Shown one piece after another: positions 27,296-40,986 of a stretch of DNA of 64,000 nucleotides (the first letter of the stretch is position 1; every line of letters begins with the position of its first letter). Below the pieces are notes generated by a model, which saw only the letters and a list, made by a program, of their open reading frames with translations, did no database searches and had not been told where the DNA came from. The DNA is from the human T2T-CHM13v2.0 reference genome, Homo sapiens. Location of the stretch: the NCBI RefSeq assembly GCF_009914755.1, contig NC_060929.1; one strand, written 5' to 3'. The position numbers and the translations under genes are program-made.

Positions 27296-28712
27296 ATTAA
27301 AAATATTCCATTGAGGAATTTTTAGAATCTATTACCCTCTATATATTTTTTCATCTGAATTGGAGAAGCTGGAGTCTCTCAGAACAACTTACCCTGCTTC
27401 TTTTTACTCCTTAATCCAAAAGACATCTCTAGTAAATTAGAGAGCAGATTTTTTAAAAAGTGGAGTAGTCAATTTCTCCAAGTTATTTTTATTCTCAATC
27501 TTATACCTGAGATATAAGAGACACCACAGAAGAGATACCACAGAAGAGACCACATGGTGATTCTTTGTCTGTTTGGGTGTGGTATGGACCAGGTCACCTC
27601 ACAGGATTCCTCAGCCTTAACTGTGCTGTTTCTGCCTCTCCAAGACAGAATGGCTAAGAAGAAGACATTAATTACAGGTTAAAAATGACAAGCCAGTGTT
27701 ATAACAAATAACTGAAGCAAAAGTCTCACTTTTTTTTTGAAGCTCTATTAAAATCAAAGTTTAATCACGAATTGTGAAATAGAACGCAGGCAGTTAGGAG
27801 CTGCTAAAATATTAACACTTCTATTGAAACAGAAACTCAGGCATTTTATTATTTTCATGACCACCTCTGAGATTTCATAATTAAGTCTTTCAGTTTGATT
27901 TATTTAGACTCTAAGCAAACTTTCAAAGTGAGTTTGAGGGACTTTGTACTTGGAACATGAATGCATTGCATTTCCTGAGGCAATTTGGAACTGGGGTTTC
28001 ATCATTTCAATGCCCTGGCTCAGAAGCAGGTATTCTGAGAAACTTCTCTTGAGTATCCTAATTCATTAACTGTAAGAAGGACCTCAGACATTTTCCTTAT
28101 CAGGGTGAATATTCAGAAGGGAAGGAGGGAGGGAAAGAAATTACATTTAGGAGTGAAACTGTATTTGTCACAGCATATTAATTTATCTAGTTCTGTTCTC
28201 TTTGGCGTTACAAACAGACATTTCTTACCTCCCATCTAAGCCTTTAGCTGGTTCTAAATATTTTCTCATTGATCAGAATGAGTGGAAAATTACATTTCAC
28301 CCCGCTGCTCCCAAAACACATTAAATATATATAATATTATATATATATATATATATTCCTGTCACTCTCTAAGAGGTAGTTTGGCATTGAGGAGCACTGA
28401 ATGTCACATAACCCTGAGATCCTGAGATTGAACATGTGGCAGATTCCCAGGATAATCTATGTTTGAACATACTATGTAAAATTTAACCAATTTTAAGAAA
28501 TGGGATTGGTGAATTAAGGAAGAAAATGAAACCTAAATGAAATACTGACTCAAAGGTGGCAGTTATAACACAACAATCTTTTTTACTGGCAGAAGGAGGG
28601 AGAGAGGGATTGTGAATCACATCGAACATATACCTAATTATTTTTAATATGAGAGAGAGAGAAGTGGATTGGGGGGAGCAAGAGACAGGTGAGAGGGGAA
28701 AGAGAGAAATAG

Positions 28713-28818
28713 GGACGAGAAAGAGCATTGCTAGATAAAAGTAGAGTATCTCTATTTAAAAATATGGACGGGAAAGAGCATTGCTAGATAAAAGTAGAGT
28801 ATCTCTATTTAAAAATAT
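28713..28818. repeat. 53-bp tandem duplication (2 copies, 1 mismatch)
   Basis: ggacg(a/g)gaaagagcattgctagataaaagtagagtatctctatttaaaaatat at 28713 and 28766. Confidence 0.95.
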
Positions 28819-31064
28819 GGGGATTATTTTGGGATATCCATTTTGAGCATTTGAAAATGACCAGTTGACCTTGGTCATTTGACAAATCAGCTGCCAAATC
28901 TGGACCAAAATAAAATAGAGTCTGTCATCACTGTGAAGATAGAACATAAAGGCCAAGCAAGAATAAAAAAAAAAAAAGGAAAAAAGAAGCCTCACACCAA
29001 GAGTATAGGGAAGGACTACCTGAACCCTCCCCATGTGCTCACATCAGTGGAGAATTAGGCTGCTTTTCTCTGAAGTTCCAGGTGCTTTGCAGACTATTAT
29101 TTGAGAAACAATACGGGTACCCTCAGCGTATCTCACTAATCATACATGAGCTGGAGGAGGTGGCTGGTAAAAATCGTTTAGTCTGTTGCACAGAAAATGA
29201 GGAATGTATCTGAAACACACAAAGCAGGAGTTTGGTCCTGAGAAGCCCTTTCTTCCTGAGGACAGAGCTGTTGGCAACATCTTGGGGCATGGTTAGGGCC
29301 ATGATCTGTAACTAGAACTGGTCCTGGGCAGAGGGTGAAGGGCCGCCATTTTCTCTACATCCTTGTCCCTCCATTTTGGTGCCCATCTCCCTTTTCCCTC
29401 AGGTGATGCCCAGGTTCCCTCCCCTTGGTCGCCTCTGACACGTCAGAGTCCCCTGTGACATCCCCAACAAGCCTGTATAGCTGTCTTAGTCTCATCACTT
29501 TTCCCCTGATCAAAAGTGATCCTAAGTATGAGTTGATCCCATCCCTCTAGTCTTCCTCTATCTTGATGCCGAAGAGAAGCGATTTCAGCCTGAGTTTTCA
29601 GTGTCTCCTTAACACTTTGATGTCTTTATGATCTGTATGAATTTTCATAAGAGTCTGAAAGTCAAAATGCCTTAACAGAAAGGATGAGGGGTTTTAGTGT
29701 TAGAAGCCCCTAGTATGAGTCCACATTAACTGCAGAATCTTGAGAAATCTTAATTACTAGGAACCTCAATTTATTAATTTGGCAAATAGAAGAAATAATT
29801 ATTTATTTTACACGATAAAAAATAAAATGTCATTATAGTTACATAAAATCCACTAATTAACTATTCAGCATTGAGTAATTGTTGTTAGAGTTATTATTTT
29901 CATCATGGTAGAATTCTTGACCAGCTAGTGAAAGAAGTATTTTTTTTGACATAGAAGAGGGCTGCCTCCATCAAAGTTCTAATATCGTATCTTATAGTAG
30001 CTACCTATTCTACTGGTTTTAGACTGGCCTTAATCTGAGACTGAGATTAAAAGATGTACCAACCCTTTGTAATAGTTAATTTCCCTACGGCTTCAGAAGT
30101 GAGGCCCCGTTTACTCTAGGGTGACCTCATGTTCAGACTATCTGTGTAACACCGAGCCCAGTCAGTAAACTTAGCAGATGGGGAAAAGATAAGGGATGGA
30201 ATAAAGGGTGATTAACCTCTCAGATTTCTTTTGATGAGAAAGTTGACACCACATTTTTCTAATTAGTGTTCTAGACTGGCTAGATAAATCAACAATGAAT
30301 CAACAGTCTTTAAGCACATATACAGGTATGATAACTCTGTAGTTAACTCAAATCCTTGTGCTATGTATTATTTTGCTGCGTAACTCAGAATTCAGGAAGC
30401 TACCCACCCAATCAGTCTTTAGCTGTTTTATTTCAGTAACAAGTTTATGCAGAACCTTCCATATCTCTCATAAAACCAGAGCATTCATAGAACCAGAAAC
30501 ACCCATATCAACTTTATATATATTGTTTTTGCTTTTTTCACATGGGAATGGAATAAATCAACTCTGTTTTCTCAGAAAGTATCTGTTTGTTATTACCAAG
30601 ACTACACCATTTTCCACCCCTGATAATATATACAGAATATTGATTCTTCTTGAAGCCAAATTCTTAAGATTTCCAAATTATAAATTGGCCACATTTCTGG
30701 AATTATATCAACATGAAATCGGAAAGATATTTCCTCATAGATATAAGGCTAAAGTTTGTGGTTAGGTTTCTAATTGGAATCAGAAACTTTTTTATATCAT
30801 TACAGTTTCTCTGGGAAGACAGGATGCATAAAGCTCCATCATGGATAGCTCAACTTTGAGAAGGAAACGCTTCATCCTATTATCCTCTCTTCTTTACCCT
30901 ATGGGTATAGAGTACTTTTTACCAGGAGGGTTTTTTTTTCCAAGAAAGAAGAAAGTATCATTATAGGTATGATGACTATTTTGGAGAAATTTAGACCTGT
31001 AAAAAGCGGTTGAACTTAAGTTTTCCTGAAACGGAATAGGGTGATAGAAATATAATGGCCAAAT

Positions 31065-31202
31065 CCAGTGCAATACATTGATTTACTCAAAATATATTTT
31101 GAGGTTGGTATCTACATGTGCAGACATTCTTCTGGGCACTAAGGCTACAGTAGCAGACAAAAAAGACAAAAATTATTGGTTTCTTAAAGCTTACATTCTA
31201 GA
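31065..31202 (-). mobile_element. L2 3' fragment
   Basis: atttactcaaaatatatttt..tctacatgtgcagacatt..agcttacattctag. Confidence 0.6.
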
Positions 31203-33339
31203 GCATATCAGGGATCTTAAGCTTTGAAATAATTGGTACAAGCTTTGGTGCTTGAGAAAGCCCCAGGGGGTCACAGACTCCCTGTTGTCGGTGGTGTCCT
31301 TACCTCCAGCTTCTGTCTGTGAGTCAGGACAGGCCTTTTCTCCTTTCCCCCAACAGAGGCGCATTGAGGAGTGTGCACACCCCTAACTTTAGAGCAAATG
31401 GAAGAGAGGCAAGTGGAGAGTCTCACCCAACTTCCTTCTGCTTCCACATGGCCCCTTCTCTGTAAAAGTGACAGAGACTCCTCTGTGCTTAGCCAGAATC
31501 TGTGCCATACTTAATGGGTCACTTGGTGTGGTATCCAGCATCATATGACGAAGCGGGGGCACATTCAATTTTTGCAACAGTACTTATTTTTACTAGATAA
31601 CAAAGCATTTTCTTGTGGTGAATATCACATTGGCAGATAATTTGGGAACCAAGAGAAAGTGGAGTGGAAAAGTCAAAGAAGAAAGTTCAATGAAGACTTG
31701 AGTGACAGAGTTCCATGTGGGGCAAGACACAACTACTGTGTTCAGTCTTATTAAGCAATGGGATGAAGGCAGGATTAGTTGAACCAGTAGTGGGATGGAG
31801 AGAGTTGGGACTGAAGGATGGGTTGACTGTGATGAGTGGCCAGGAAAGAAGTAATTGCAGCAGTCCAGAAGGTTAGCAGGAGGGTGGAGGAATGTTTCCA
31901 GGCAAGACTGCCAAGTTTAGAGAGGGCATTTAAGCACTGAGGTGAAGGCTTGACAGCCTCTGATTTTTAAGAAAGGACTTCCATAAATTGGGAGTGGACT
32001 GTCTGCAAATGTCTGAGTATAGCAGGCATATTTATCCTAGTGCCCTGGGATCATTCCTGATTCTTCTACAATGGCATCACAGAAGTGAACACTGTGCCCA
32101 GTATTTGAAATGTGAAAAATGCAAATACGATTCACAGATAGACAGTGAGCCATTACTGTGTCTCATACTATGCCACTTAAAAATTGTACTTCAATAAATA
32201 AAAGTAAATAAAATTGTACCACACTTGCATGATCTTCTACTTGTAGCTATAAATATCTGATTCACACACCTCCCTCAAATGATAGGAATGGGGTATGATT
32301 TTGGAGCTTAACCCTTTTCTCTAGGTATATCTAAAAAGGCTCTTATAATTTAATGTTCTTTAATTCTTTATATATTTTCTGTCTCCCCTCACAAACCCCC
32401 CCCAACAAAATATAATTTTGCTGGAATTTTGTACAATAGGGATAGAATGAGAATAGTGTACTGTTGTTTTTACCTTTAACACTAAAATTTTAATTTAAAA
32501 GAAAATATTAATACATAAAGAAAATACATACATGCTTTTTAAACTAAATCAACTGAATGAAAACACAACCTCTCTCTCAGCTCACTAAGCTATGTACTCT
32601 TTTTTACTTCTCTGACTTGCTCTATCACTTTGTTCCTTTTCATCCCCCTGCCCCAACACACACAGACGCACACAGGGGGGTCAGGGGTAGGGAGGACTTA
32701 GCCTAAACTAAACTCATTAGGGCCATCTGACAGTGCAATTTGAGTATCAGACTTCTGCTTACTTTGCATTCAGTTGAGGAAGGTAAATTGCTATGGTCTC
32801 AGGTTTATTATTCATTTTGTTAATGCATGATTCAATGACTTCATTTAACTGGTGAATGTATTTTTGACTGATAAATTTGTAGTTGTGTCGATCTGGGCTT
32901 TTGAATTCATTTTGACACACTATCTTTGAGACTATACCACAGAACTCTTTTTTTTTTTTTTTCTGGTGGGTGTAAAAACAAGCAAACAAAACAATAAAAA
33001 TCCTTCCATAATGACTATAAAGATGAGTATTTGAAAAGATAGACACTTTGAAATTGTTTTTCCCTCAATATTCTGTCACACCTAGCACTATACAGACTGT
33101 TTTTATTCCGAAGTAGTATTTAAATATCTGAAAGGTGGGGGAACACAGAAATGTTTTAAATAAAATATCCACATTGCCATAGATGGAAAATGAAGTTTAA
33201 GCTTCAAGTGAGGTAGCTGAGGAAACAAACTATATTTGAATAAAATACAAATTTGTAATGGAGAAGTGATAATCCCTTAACTATATGTATTTAAATGTAA
33301 CGCACACTTATCAAATCTGTGATCAGGTACTTAATCAAC

Positions 33340-33790
33340 TAAAAGTTGTTTCATTTATTTGCTCCCTCCAATGACTCGGGCCAGGTGGCCCTTACATGCC
33401 AAATACTTTGCTCTGCTGTCAAGAGAGAAGATGAATAAGCATGGTCTCTGATAAGATGGTCAGGAGCTCACAGTCTAATGTAGGAGCCATTTACAAAGCA
33501 ATGCTGTATCGCAAGAGAGATGTGCCCCACGTGAATGGGAGGTCAGAAGGGTGGTGGCCTCTAGGGGCACTGGAGTTAGGAATGGTAGAAATGAAGAGAA
33601 GCCCTGGAGAAGGAACAACTGAGCTGACTCTTCATTGACAGGTTGCCCAGGTTAAGGGAGGAGGGGGATTGGAAGGGCATTTTAGGCAGAAAGGACAGTA
33701 AGTTAATGAGGTGAGAAACCTAATGTACAAACACTGAGAAGTAAAACAGGGGGTGGAGGGAAACCAGATTAAGGAGAGAATCAAATATCT
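33340..33790 (-). mobile_element. L2 fragment
   Basis: agatgaataagcatggtctctg..ggagctcacagtcta..gggcattttaggcagaaagga. Confidence 0.5.
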
Positions 33791-34304
33791 GATCAAGAGC
33801 CTCTTCTCTCCTGTTAAGGAGAATAATTTAGTGCCAATGAGATTAAAGTGAAGACTGACAATAACAGGGATACCAATTTTATCCCAATATATATGTTGTG
33901 ATATTGTTATTATTTTGCAAAATGTTTTCATGACAGTCTCATTTGATGTAAAAAAACTGGCAAGGTGTAGGCCAATAATCCTGTCAAATTTAGGGGTGAG
34001 AAAAACAGAGATTTAAAGAATTTGGCCATGGTCATATAACTTGACAGTACCGGATTAGGCCTGGGATGCTGGTCTTATACCGTAACTGGTGCATACAACT
34101 GCCCATTGGTGTAACAAGGCCACATTTGCTCAAGGCCTTGCCTGTTTCCAGAGATCCAGGCCAGCCATTTTCTGACACACGGGGTAGTCAGAGGAATTTC
34201 CATTTCACATTTTATGTGCAAATTCATTCTCTTCACATGAGAGAAACAATAAAGAAAAATCCTTAAGAAACTGGAAGTCTAGTAACAGTCATAAGAAGAA
34301 CTGG

Positions 34305-34545
34305 TAACAATGACAAATTTATTTATTTAAGTGGTTGTAGGAGGCCAAGCACCAAGCAGAGCACTTTCCATTTATTTCTCAAACAACCTCATAGGCAGGT
34401 ACTGCTATTGCCCCCATGTTACAGGTGAGCAAACTGAGGTTCAGTAACTCGTTCAGGTCACCCACTGAGAAGAAGCAGAGTGTAGTGCGATTTATAGTGA
34501 GATCCATCTGACCTCGCAACTGGGTACTCAATTCTACCAGGCAAA
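34305..34545 (-). mobile_element. MIR
   Basis: aacaacctcataggcaggtactgctatt..ttacaggtgagcaaactgaggttcag. Confidence 0.7.
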
Positions 34546-35544
34546 ACCACCTTTCTTAGTACTGCCACTTGATTTACACAACACCTGTACTGCACCATAT
34601 GTGAATTGTTGGTACTTAATAAGCCATATGGAGACTTTCTCTGTTCCAAGATTTCTGTCGCAGAGGCTGTTGTTCTATAGATAAAGGAATCCCATCCTAG
34701 AATGTTTACTAACTACTCTTTGGTCCTGTTGTTTAGAAAAAAGAAAAGAAAAGCCAAATGTCTTAGACTCTAGGGGAACTCAGTTTACTATTTGCTTACT
34801 TATTCAGCTTCAGGTGCTGGGGTCCAATAGAAATCTATTAGAGACTCTCAAATAAAAACCTAATGTACAAACCAAAGGAATGATATAAACCTGAACATAC
34901 TGAAAACCTGTTAGTTTTTAATAATGTTTGAGCTTCAGGCTTTCCTCCTGTTCCTAAGAGCCCATCAGAGTACAGGGCTCTCTTCTTGCATTTCAATGTA
35001 TTTGCAGCTATACTTTCTCTCCCTGTTGTAGAGAACCCACAATCAGGTATTAAGATGTGACAGGATGATGGAAATGAGAAAGTGAAGACAGCACATGGGA
35101 AGGCAGTAATTAACCAGAATGCATATTTATCATAGTCTGTCATTGTTTACAAACAATGTAATGATTCCTGATTGTAGAATTAAACTCCAGGCTCTAGTTT
35201 GCAATGTCAATCAAGTAACCCCAGCAGGTGCAGATCAGCAGAAGGACTAACCAAGTAAGTGTTCTGTATAGAGGATGTACAGGAACTGGAGACAGCCGGA
35301 GCATCTTCTGTCAGAAAGTAATCTTTGTTGAAGACATTTGAACAATCATTTTATTGGGATGGCTAATTTATGAGCCTCACTTTTGTCATCTGTAAAATGG
35401 GAATCTGGAAATCTATGTCAGAAAGTCCCCATTCTCCATCCTCACTCCTAGAAGTCACTATCATCTCTTGCCTGAACACCAGTAATGGCCTCTTAACTGG
35501 CCTCCCTGGCTCAATTCTTGCTCATCTATAATCCAGACTGGAAG

Positions 35545-35840
35545 TTTCTTTTCTTTTTTTTTAATGGAGTCTTGCTTTGTCACCCAGGCTGGAGTGGAGT
35601 GGTGTGATCTTGGCTCACTGCAACTTCCGCCTCCCAGATTCAAGTGCTTCTCCTGCCTCAGCCTCCCGAGTAGTTGGGATTACAGGTGTACCAACACGTC
35701 TCACTGATTTCTGTATTTTTAGTAGAGACAAGGTTTCACTATGCTGTCCAGGCTGGTCTCAAACTCCTGACCTCAGGTGATCTGCTCGCCTCAGCCTCCC
35801 AAAGTGCCGGGATTACAGTTGTGAGCCACTGTGCTTGGCC
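35545..35840 (-). mobile_element. AluSx/Sz-like
   Basis: T tail and both arms (ctcctgacctcaggtgatc). Confidence 0.93.
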
Positions 35841-35952
35841 TTATAGTCCATTCTCTAGATAGCAGCCAGAGGAACCTTGTAAAAAACTTAAATTAAATCA
35901 TGCAATTTCCTGGAAAAATCATCATTTTTATTGCACTGGTTAAAAATTATAA

Positions 35953-36320
<368 letters not shown>

Positions 36321-36631
36321 TCCAATCTCATCTTCTATCACTCCTTTTTGATCATTCAAGCCATGCAAGTCCTCTTTCTTTTCCTTGCGTATGCCATCTT
36401 GTGTTTCTACCACAGGATCTTTGCATCTAGTGTTCCTTTTCCCTGTAAAGACTTCTATTAAATACATGATCTTCACAGGTTGGCTTCTTTTGGATTCTAG
36501 TCCCAATCAAAATGTCAATTTCCCTGGCCATGGCATCTGAACATTATCTATTAACTGCAATCTTCTCAGACCAACTCACTCCACCATATATTCTGTTTTA
36601 TTTTCTCCATAGCCCTCATCACTACTTGACA

Positions 36632-36927
36632 TTTTATTTTATTTTTTTGAGGCAGAGTCTCACTCTGTCACCCAAGCTGGAGTGCAGTGGCAAAATCTCA
36701 ACTCACTGCAGCCTCTGCCTCCTGAGTTCAGGTGATTCTTGTGCCTCAGCCTTCTGAGTAGCTGGAATTACAGGCATAGGCCACCACACCCAGCTAATTT
36801 TTGTATATTTAGTAGAGATGGGGTTTCACCATGTTGGCCAGGCTGGTCTAAAACTCCTGACCTGAGGTGGTCCACCCTCGGCCTCCCAAAATCTTGGGAT
36901 TACAGGCATGAGTCATTGCACCAGGCC
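36632..36927 (-). mobile_element. AluS/J-type element
   Basis: Both arms present, diverged. Confidence 0.9.
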
Positions 36928-37439
36928 CATCTTTCTTACTAGAATGTAAAATCCCTGTGGCCAGCTGTGTAAACATTGCCTAGAGAGTGTCTGGCAGAGA
37001 TCAATCAAATCTTAGTTTAGTGCTTAGTGAATGAATGTGAAGATCAAATGGGGTGCAATTAATAAAAATGGTCTATAATCTAGTAAGCATTATTATACAA
37101 ATACCAGATACCATGATTTCTCTTCTTCTGTTAAGCCACAGCTCTTCTCAAATCTTTGTCAGAATGAAAGGAACATAACCTTCAGCCAGGGACTCTCTTT
37201 CAAGTGGGATCTTACTTTCCAGGAACTTAAATAACTTATAGTGTAATGAAAGTCAAGATTAGCACAAGAATAGAATTAAATTTCTTACAAAAAATGTAAG
37301 ATATTGAGCATTTATTTTGCTAAGGTCAATTTTCTGTTTTGCACCGGGCTGCTCTATATAATTGCATGGATGCATGCATGTCACAAAGAATTATTGAACA
37401 AAGGGATCTTTATGGAATTACAGGAAAAGCATGGAAAAG

Positions 37440-38250
37440 ACTGATGGACTTGGATGTTCTACAGGCCCACAACAATTCCAGAATTGGACTCATCACCTTT
37501 CTTTATCATCTTCCCATACCCCCACTTCCCAGCCTCTTTCCCTTCCCAGGTCGCCTACCTCAGAGAATGAAAGCACCGTGTACCCACCAGCTGCCCAAGC
37601 TAGACATCTCTGGGACCACTCTGAACACTTCTCTCGTCTTCTCACTGATATCTGTAACTTCTACCTCCTGAGTGCTGTGGAATCTGGCTTCTTCTTTCCA
37701 TTTTCAGTACCAGTACCCTTGGCTATTGTTTCCTCTCACCTGGACTATTTTAGCAATCTCCTAACTGGTCCCTGACTCCTCAGTCCGTCCTTATAGCAAT
37801 TCAATCTCCACTCTTTCTAGACACAGTAATGATCTGGTCGCTCTGCTGTGGCTCCTCATGTCCTCTTTAACAGAGAGACAAGACTCCATGTGATCTGGCT
37901 TTACTTATGTCTCACCTTTGCCACCCTCACACTCACTCTTTAGCCACCCGTGAACTACTCTTAACTCCCCAAAGGCAGTATGTTTTCTTTCACCCCCGGC
38001 TACGGAACACACTATTTTGAATGTCTCATACAATATTTATGGGTCTTTTTTCCCTTGACTCACCTTTATTTAATTATCACTTTTGTCTAAAGCCAGATGC
38101 TGCTTCCTCCAGAAAGACTGCCAGAACTTCCCCGCTCTCCAAAGTCACACTGGGTGCCCTAGTTTTGCAGTCTTAAGAATTATACTTTGTTTTCTTATAA
38201 TACTATTCTGGTGTTTCATCATTTGTTTTCCAGATTCTGCTTGGGATTTG
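37440..38250 (+). mobile_element. L2
   Basis: ggactcatcaccttt..ccaccagctgcccaagctagacatct..ctctcacctggactattttagcaatctcctaactggtc. Confidence 0.65.
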
Positions 38251-39589
38251 ATTCCGTTGTCATGGCCTACCCTGGCATTTTTTAATTTTACCTTTTTTTC
38301 CTTTATCTTTTCTCTTCCATTGCTAACTCCTTCTTTGCTTCCTTTACTGTCTCACATTTGCTCTCTTAATCATTATTATGGCACTAGTATTTGTAATTGC
38401 ATTTCTTTGTCTTCAGGTTTTCATTGTCTTCCCCGCCGTCACTCTCCTCACTTCCTTTGTCTCTACATCAGTCTATGACTCCCATCACTTTTGGCCACAT
38501 TCATCAATATTACAGTTTTTAAACAGAATGATTTAATATTTGCCAGCTAATCAATCTGCAGAAGATCTTCCACCACCTTTGAGTTTTTAACTAAAAATTT
38601 TACCGTCTCTTAGGAATTCTCTTTGCCATTACAGTCACCATGATTTGATGAGAAAGAGAAAATTCTCTCCCTGGTTAAGATGGGAGAGAAGAAGGGGAAA
38701 AAGTCCAGCCATCAGAGCTATTATTTTTTTTTTGAATAATTCTCTTTTGGTTTCTTAAAAAAAAAAAAACAAAAAACTCTTTTTCATTGACTTTTCCAAA
38801 TGTTAGCAAATAAGAGTATATTACCCAGTAACAATTACATCAGTGAAGATAGAAGAATATATTAAAAAAACAAAAAACAGACACATCTCTGTCTGGCTTC
38901 CAATGGTTTCCACAATGACCATGCTATTTATGTTCCATGCCGTCTGGTCTTGAAGTTCTTAGTGCAAATTTACGCAAGTGGCACACCCTTGCTTTCACTG
39001 GTCATTGAATATATCTGTTAACACTCGAAAGCCTGTGTTAAGTGAATAAACCATGGAGATAATAGTGGATTCCAACTTGAAGGGTGTTTTTCCCAATCAG
39101 AGGGAATCAAGCAATCTTGTGAGGTTATGCATTTGTATGAAATTAATGTGATTTAACAATCAAAGACAAATCGTATATAAAGGAATAGCAGTCAACTGTT
39201 ATCACAATGCACAATTTATCCCCTCTTTTAAAAATTCTACTGCTCTTAGAGTCACTGCAGGTCAAATATGGCAATCTTTGTCCCTGAGCCAAGAGGAGGA
39301 GACTTTTATATTATGGACTTGTGCATCAGTGGTGTTTTCCTAAATATTATCAATCTATGCAAATGAGATTAATTCTTTGGTAGAAAGCCCATGATGAGGG
39401 TACAAAATATAGATATTAGTTAAGTGATATGAAGGTGGGTTCTGAGTAGACTGCCTATTGAAAAAAAGCAGAAGAAACAAGGTATTATTTATATAGTTCT
39501 CTCTATTGAATTTGCCTTTTATTGTTAAGTGTTTACATACTGTGGTTAATATTAAACATGCCAATGTAGGTATCAAAAGCAATCAATTG

Positions 39590-40050
39590 TCTTCTAAAAA
39601 CTTATTATTCAGTGGACATTGAATATTTTCTAGGCACTGTCATCATGCTGTGTGGACAAATCATATCATTCAATTCTCACTCTCCTATCAGAGAAGCATT
39701 GTTATTTCCAACATTTTTTGATGAAGAAGCTGCAAGTTACCAGCAGAGCTCATTCCTGTTTCTTTGATTCAAAGCCCAAGCTCTGAACCACTTACTGGGC
39801 TTTAGTGCCTGCTTCTCTGTGGAAATTCTGGGGTCACACTGCCAGAGTATTCATCACAGCTCCACTTCTTAAAGATTTGGGTTAGTTGCTGACCTCCCTG
39901 TGCCTATTAGCTTTTCTGAAAACTGTGCATGACAAGAGAGTCTGATTCATAGGGACATTATAAATCTCAAATAAGCCTCTGTAAGGAAAGTGCTTAGAAC
40001 ACAATTGACATGTAGTAAACATTCAATTTAAAGATGTCTATTATTATTAC
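39590..40050. mobile_element. Two adjacent MIRs in opposite orientation
   Basis: gatgaagaagctg..aaagcccaagctct (minus) then gctccactt..cctccctgtgcct..aaagtgcttagaacac (plus). Confidence 0.5.
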
Positions 40051-40404
40051 ATAATATCAACATAGGCTCTGCCTATATGGGAAAAAATATTTGGTTAGCT
40101 CAATCTGTGCTCCATTTAAAAATCCTAATTAAAGGAATGACGATTTGTTAGTGGCTACTCAGCAGAGATACATGTTCGGCACAGCTGCTAAATTTTGTCA
40201 GTCTTCCTATTCTGTTATCATGTGAAGATAGTGTGGTGAAAATGAGGTGTTCTTTCCATTTCGTGAAAAGTGAAATGACAGCTCAATTTCCTTCATCTAC
40301 TTTCACTGGGCTTCTTTTGGAAGTTATTGTGAATATAATGGCTGGGTCTTTGGCCAATACATTCCTGTCAGAAAGGCACCATTTTTCTGGAGCATTACAA
40401 TATA

Positions 40405-40830
40405 AGTGATGGAACAAGCACTAATCTTGAAGTTGGATCTACCAAATTAAATCCTGCTTTTGCCTTTTACTAGTTTTCTGAGCCATGAGCAAATTAGTAA
40501 AATTTTATGAAATTCAGTTTCCTCATCAATAAAATAGGAATATTTATTTGAAAGCAACAGTTCTTAGCTGGAGGCAATTTTACCCCTAGGGGACAGCTGG
40601 CAATATCTGGAGACATTTTTAGTAGCCTCAACTGAGGAGGGGAGGTACTAATGGCAATAAATGGATAGAGGCCACAGATGTTGCCATACATCCTACAGTG
40701 CAGAGGATGGCCCCACAAGGAATGATTCAGCCCAAATGTCAATAGTGCCCTGACTTAGAGTGTTATTAGAATAAGATAAAATGTTTGTAAAGCACTTACT
40801 ATCACACATGACATGTGATAGGTGCTCACG
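40405..40830 (+). mobile_element. MIR split by a MER20 (~40557-40755)
   Basis: MIR core cagtttcctcatcaataaaatagg; MER20 ggggacagctggcaatatctggagacattttt..gcccaaatgtcaatagtgcc. Confidence 0.75.
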
Positions 40831-40848
40831 GTTCATTAATCCAGCAAG

Positions 40849-40951
40849 TTCCTCTTCCTCCTCCTCATCCTCCTCTTCCTCCTCTTCTTCCTCCTCCTCT
40901 TCTTCTTCTTCTTCTTCCTATTCCTCTTTCTCCTCTTCCTCTTCCTCTTCC

Positions 40952-40983
<32 letters not shown>

Positions 40984-40986
40984 TTC
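40849..40986. repeat. (TCC)n/(TTC)n trinucleotide polypyrimidine tract
   Basis: 138 nt with a single purine (a at 40920). Confidence 0.95.

Noticed and set aside
28713-28818. Direct repeats as a possible CRISPR-like array (also 14919-14985, 15506-15580, 27517-27552)
   Set aside because: Only 2-3 head-to-tail copies with no unique spacers, no cas genes, mammalian context.
34405-34430. CAG|GTGAGC as an intronic recursive splice site (also ctcAG|GTGATG at ~29402)
   Set aside because: The first has a weak pyrimidine tract and lies in the MIR core; the second lacks the GTRAG donor consensus.
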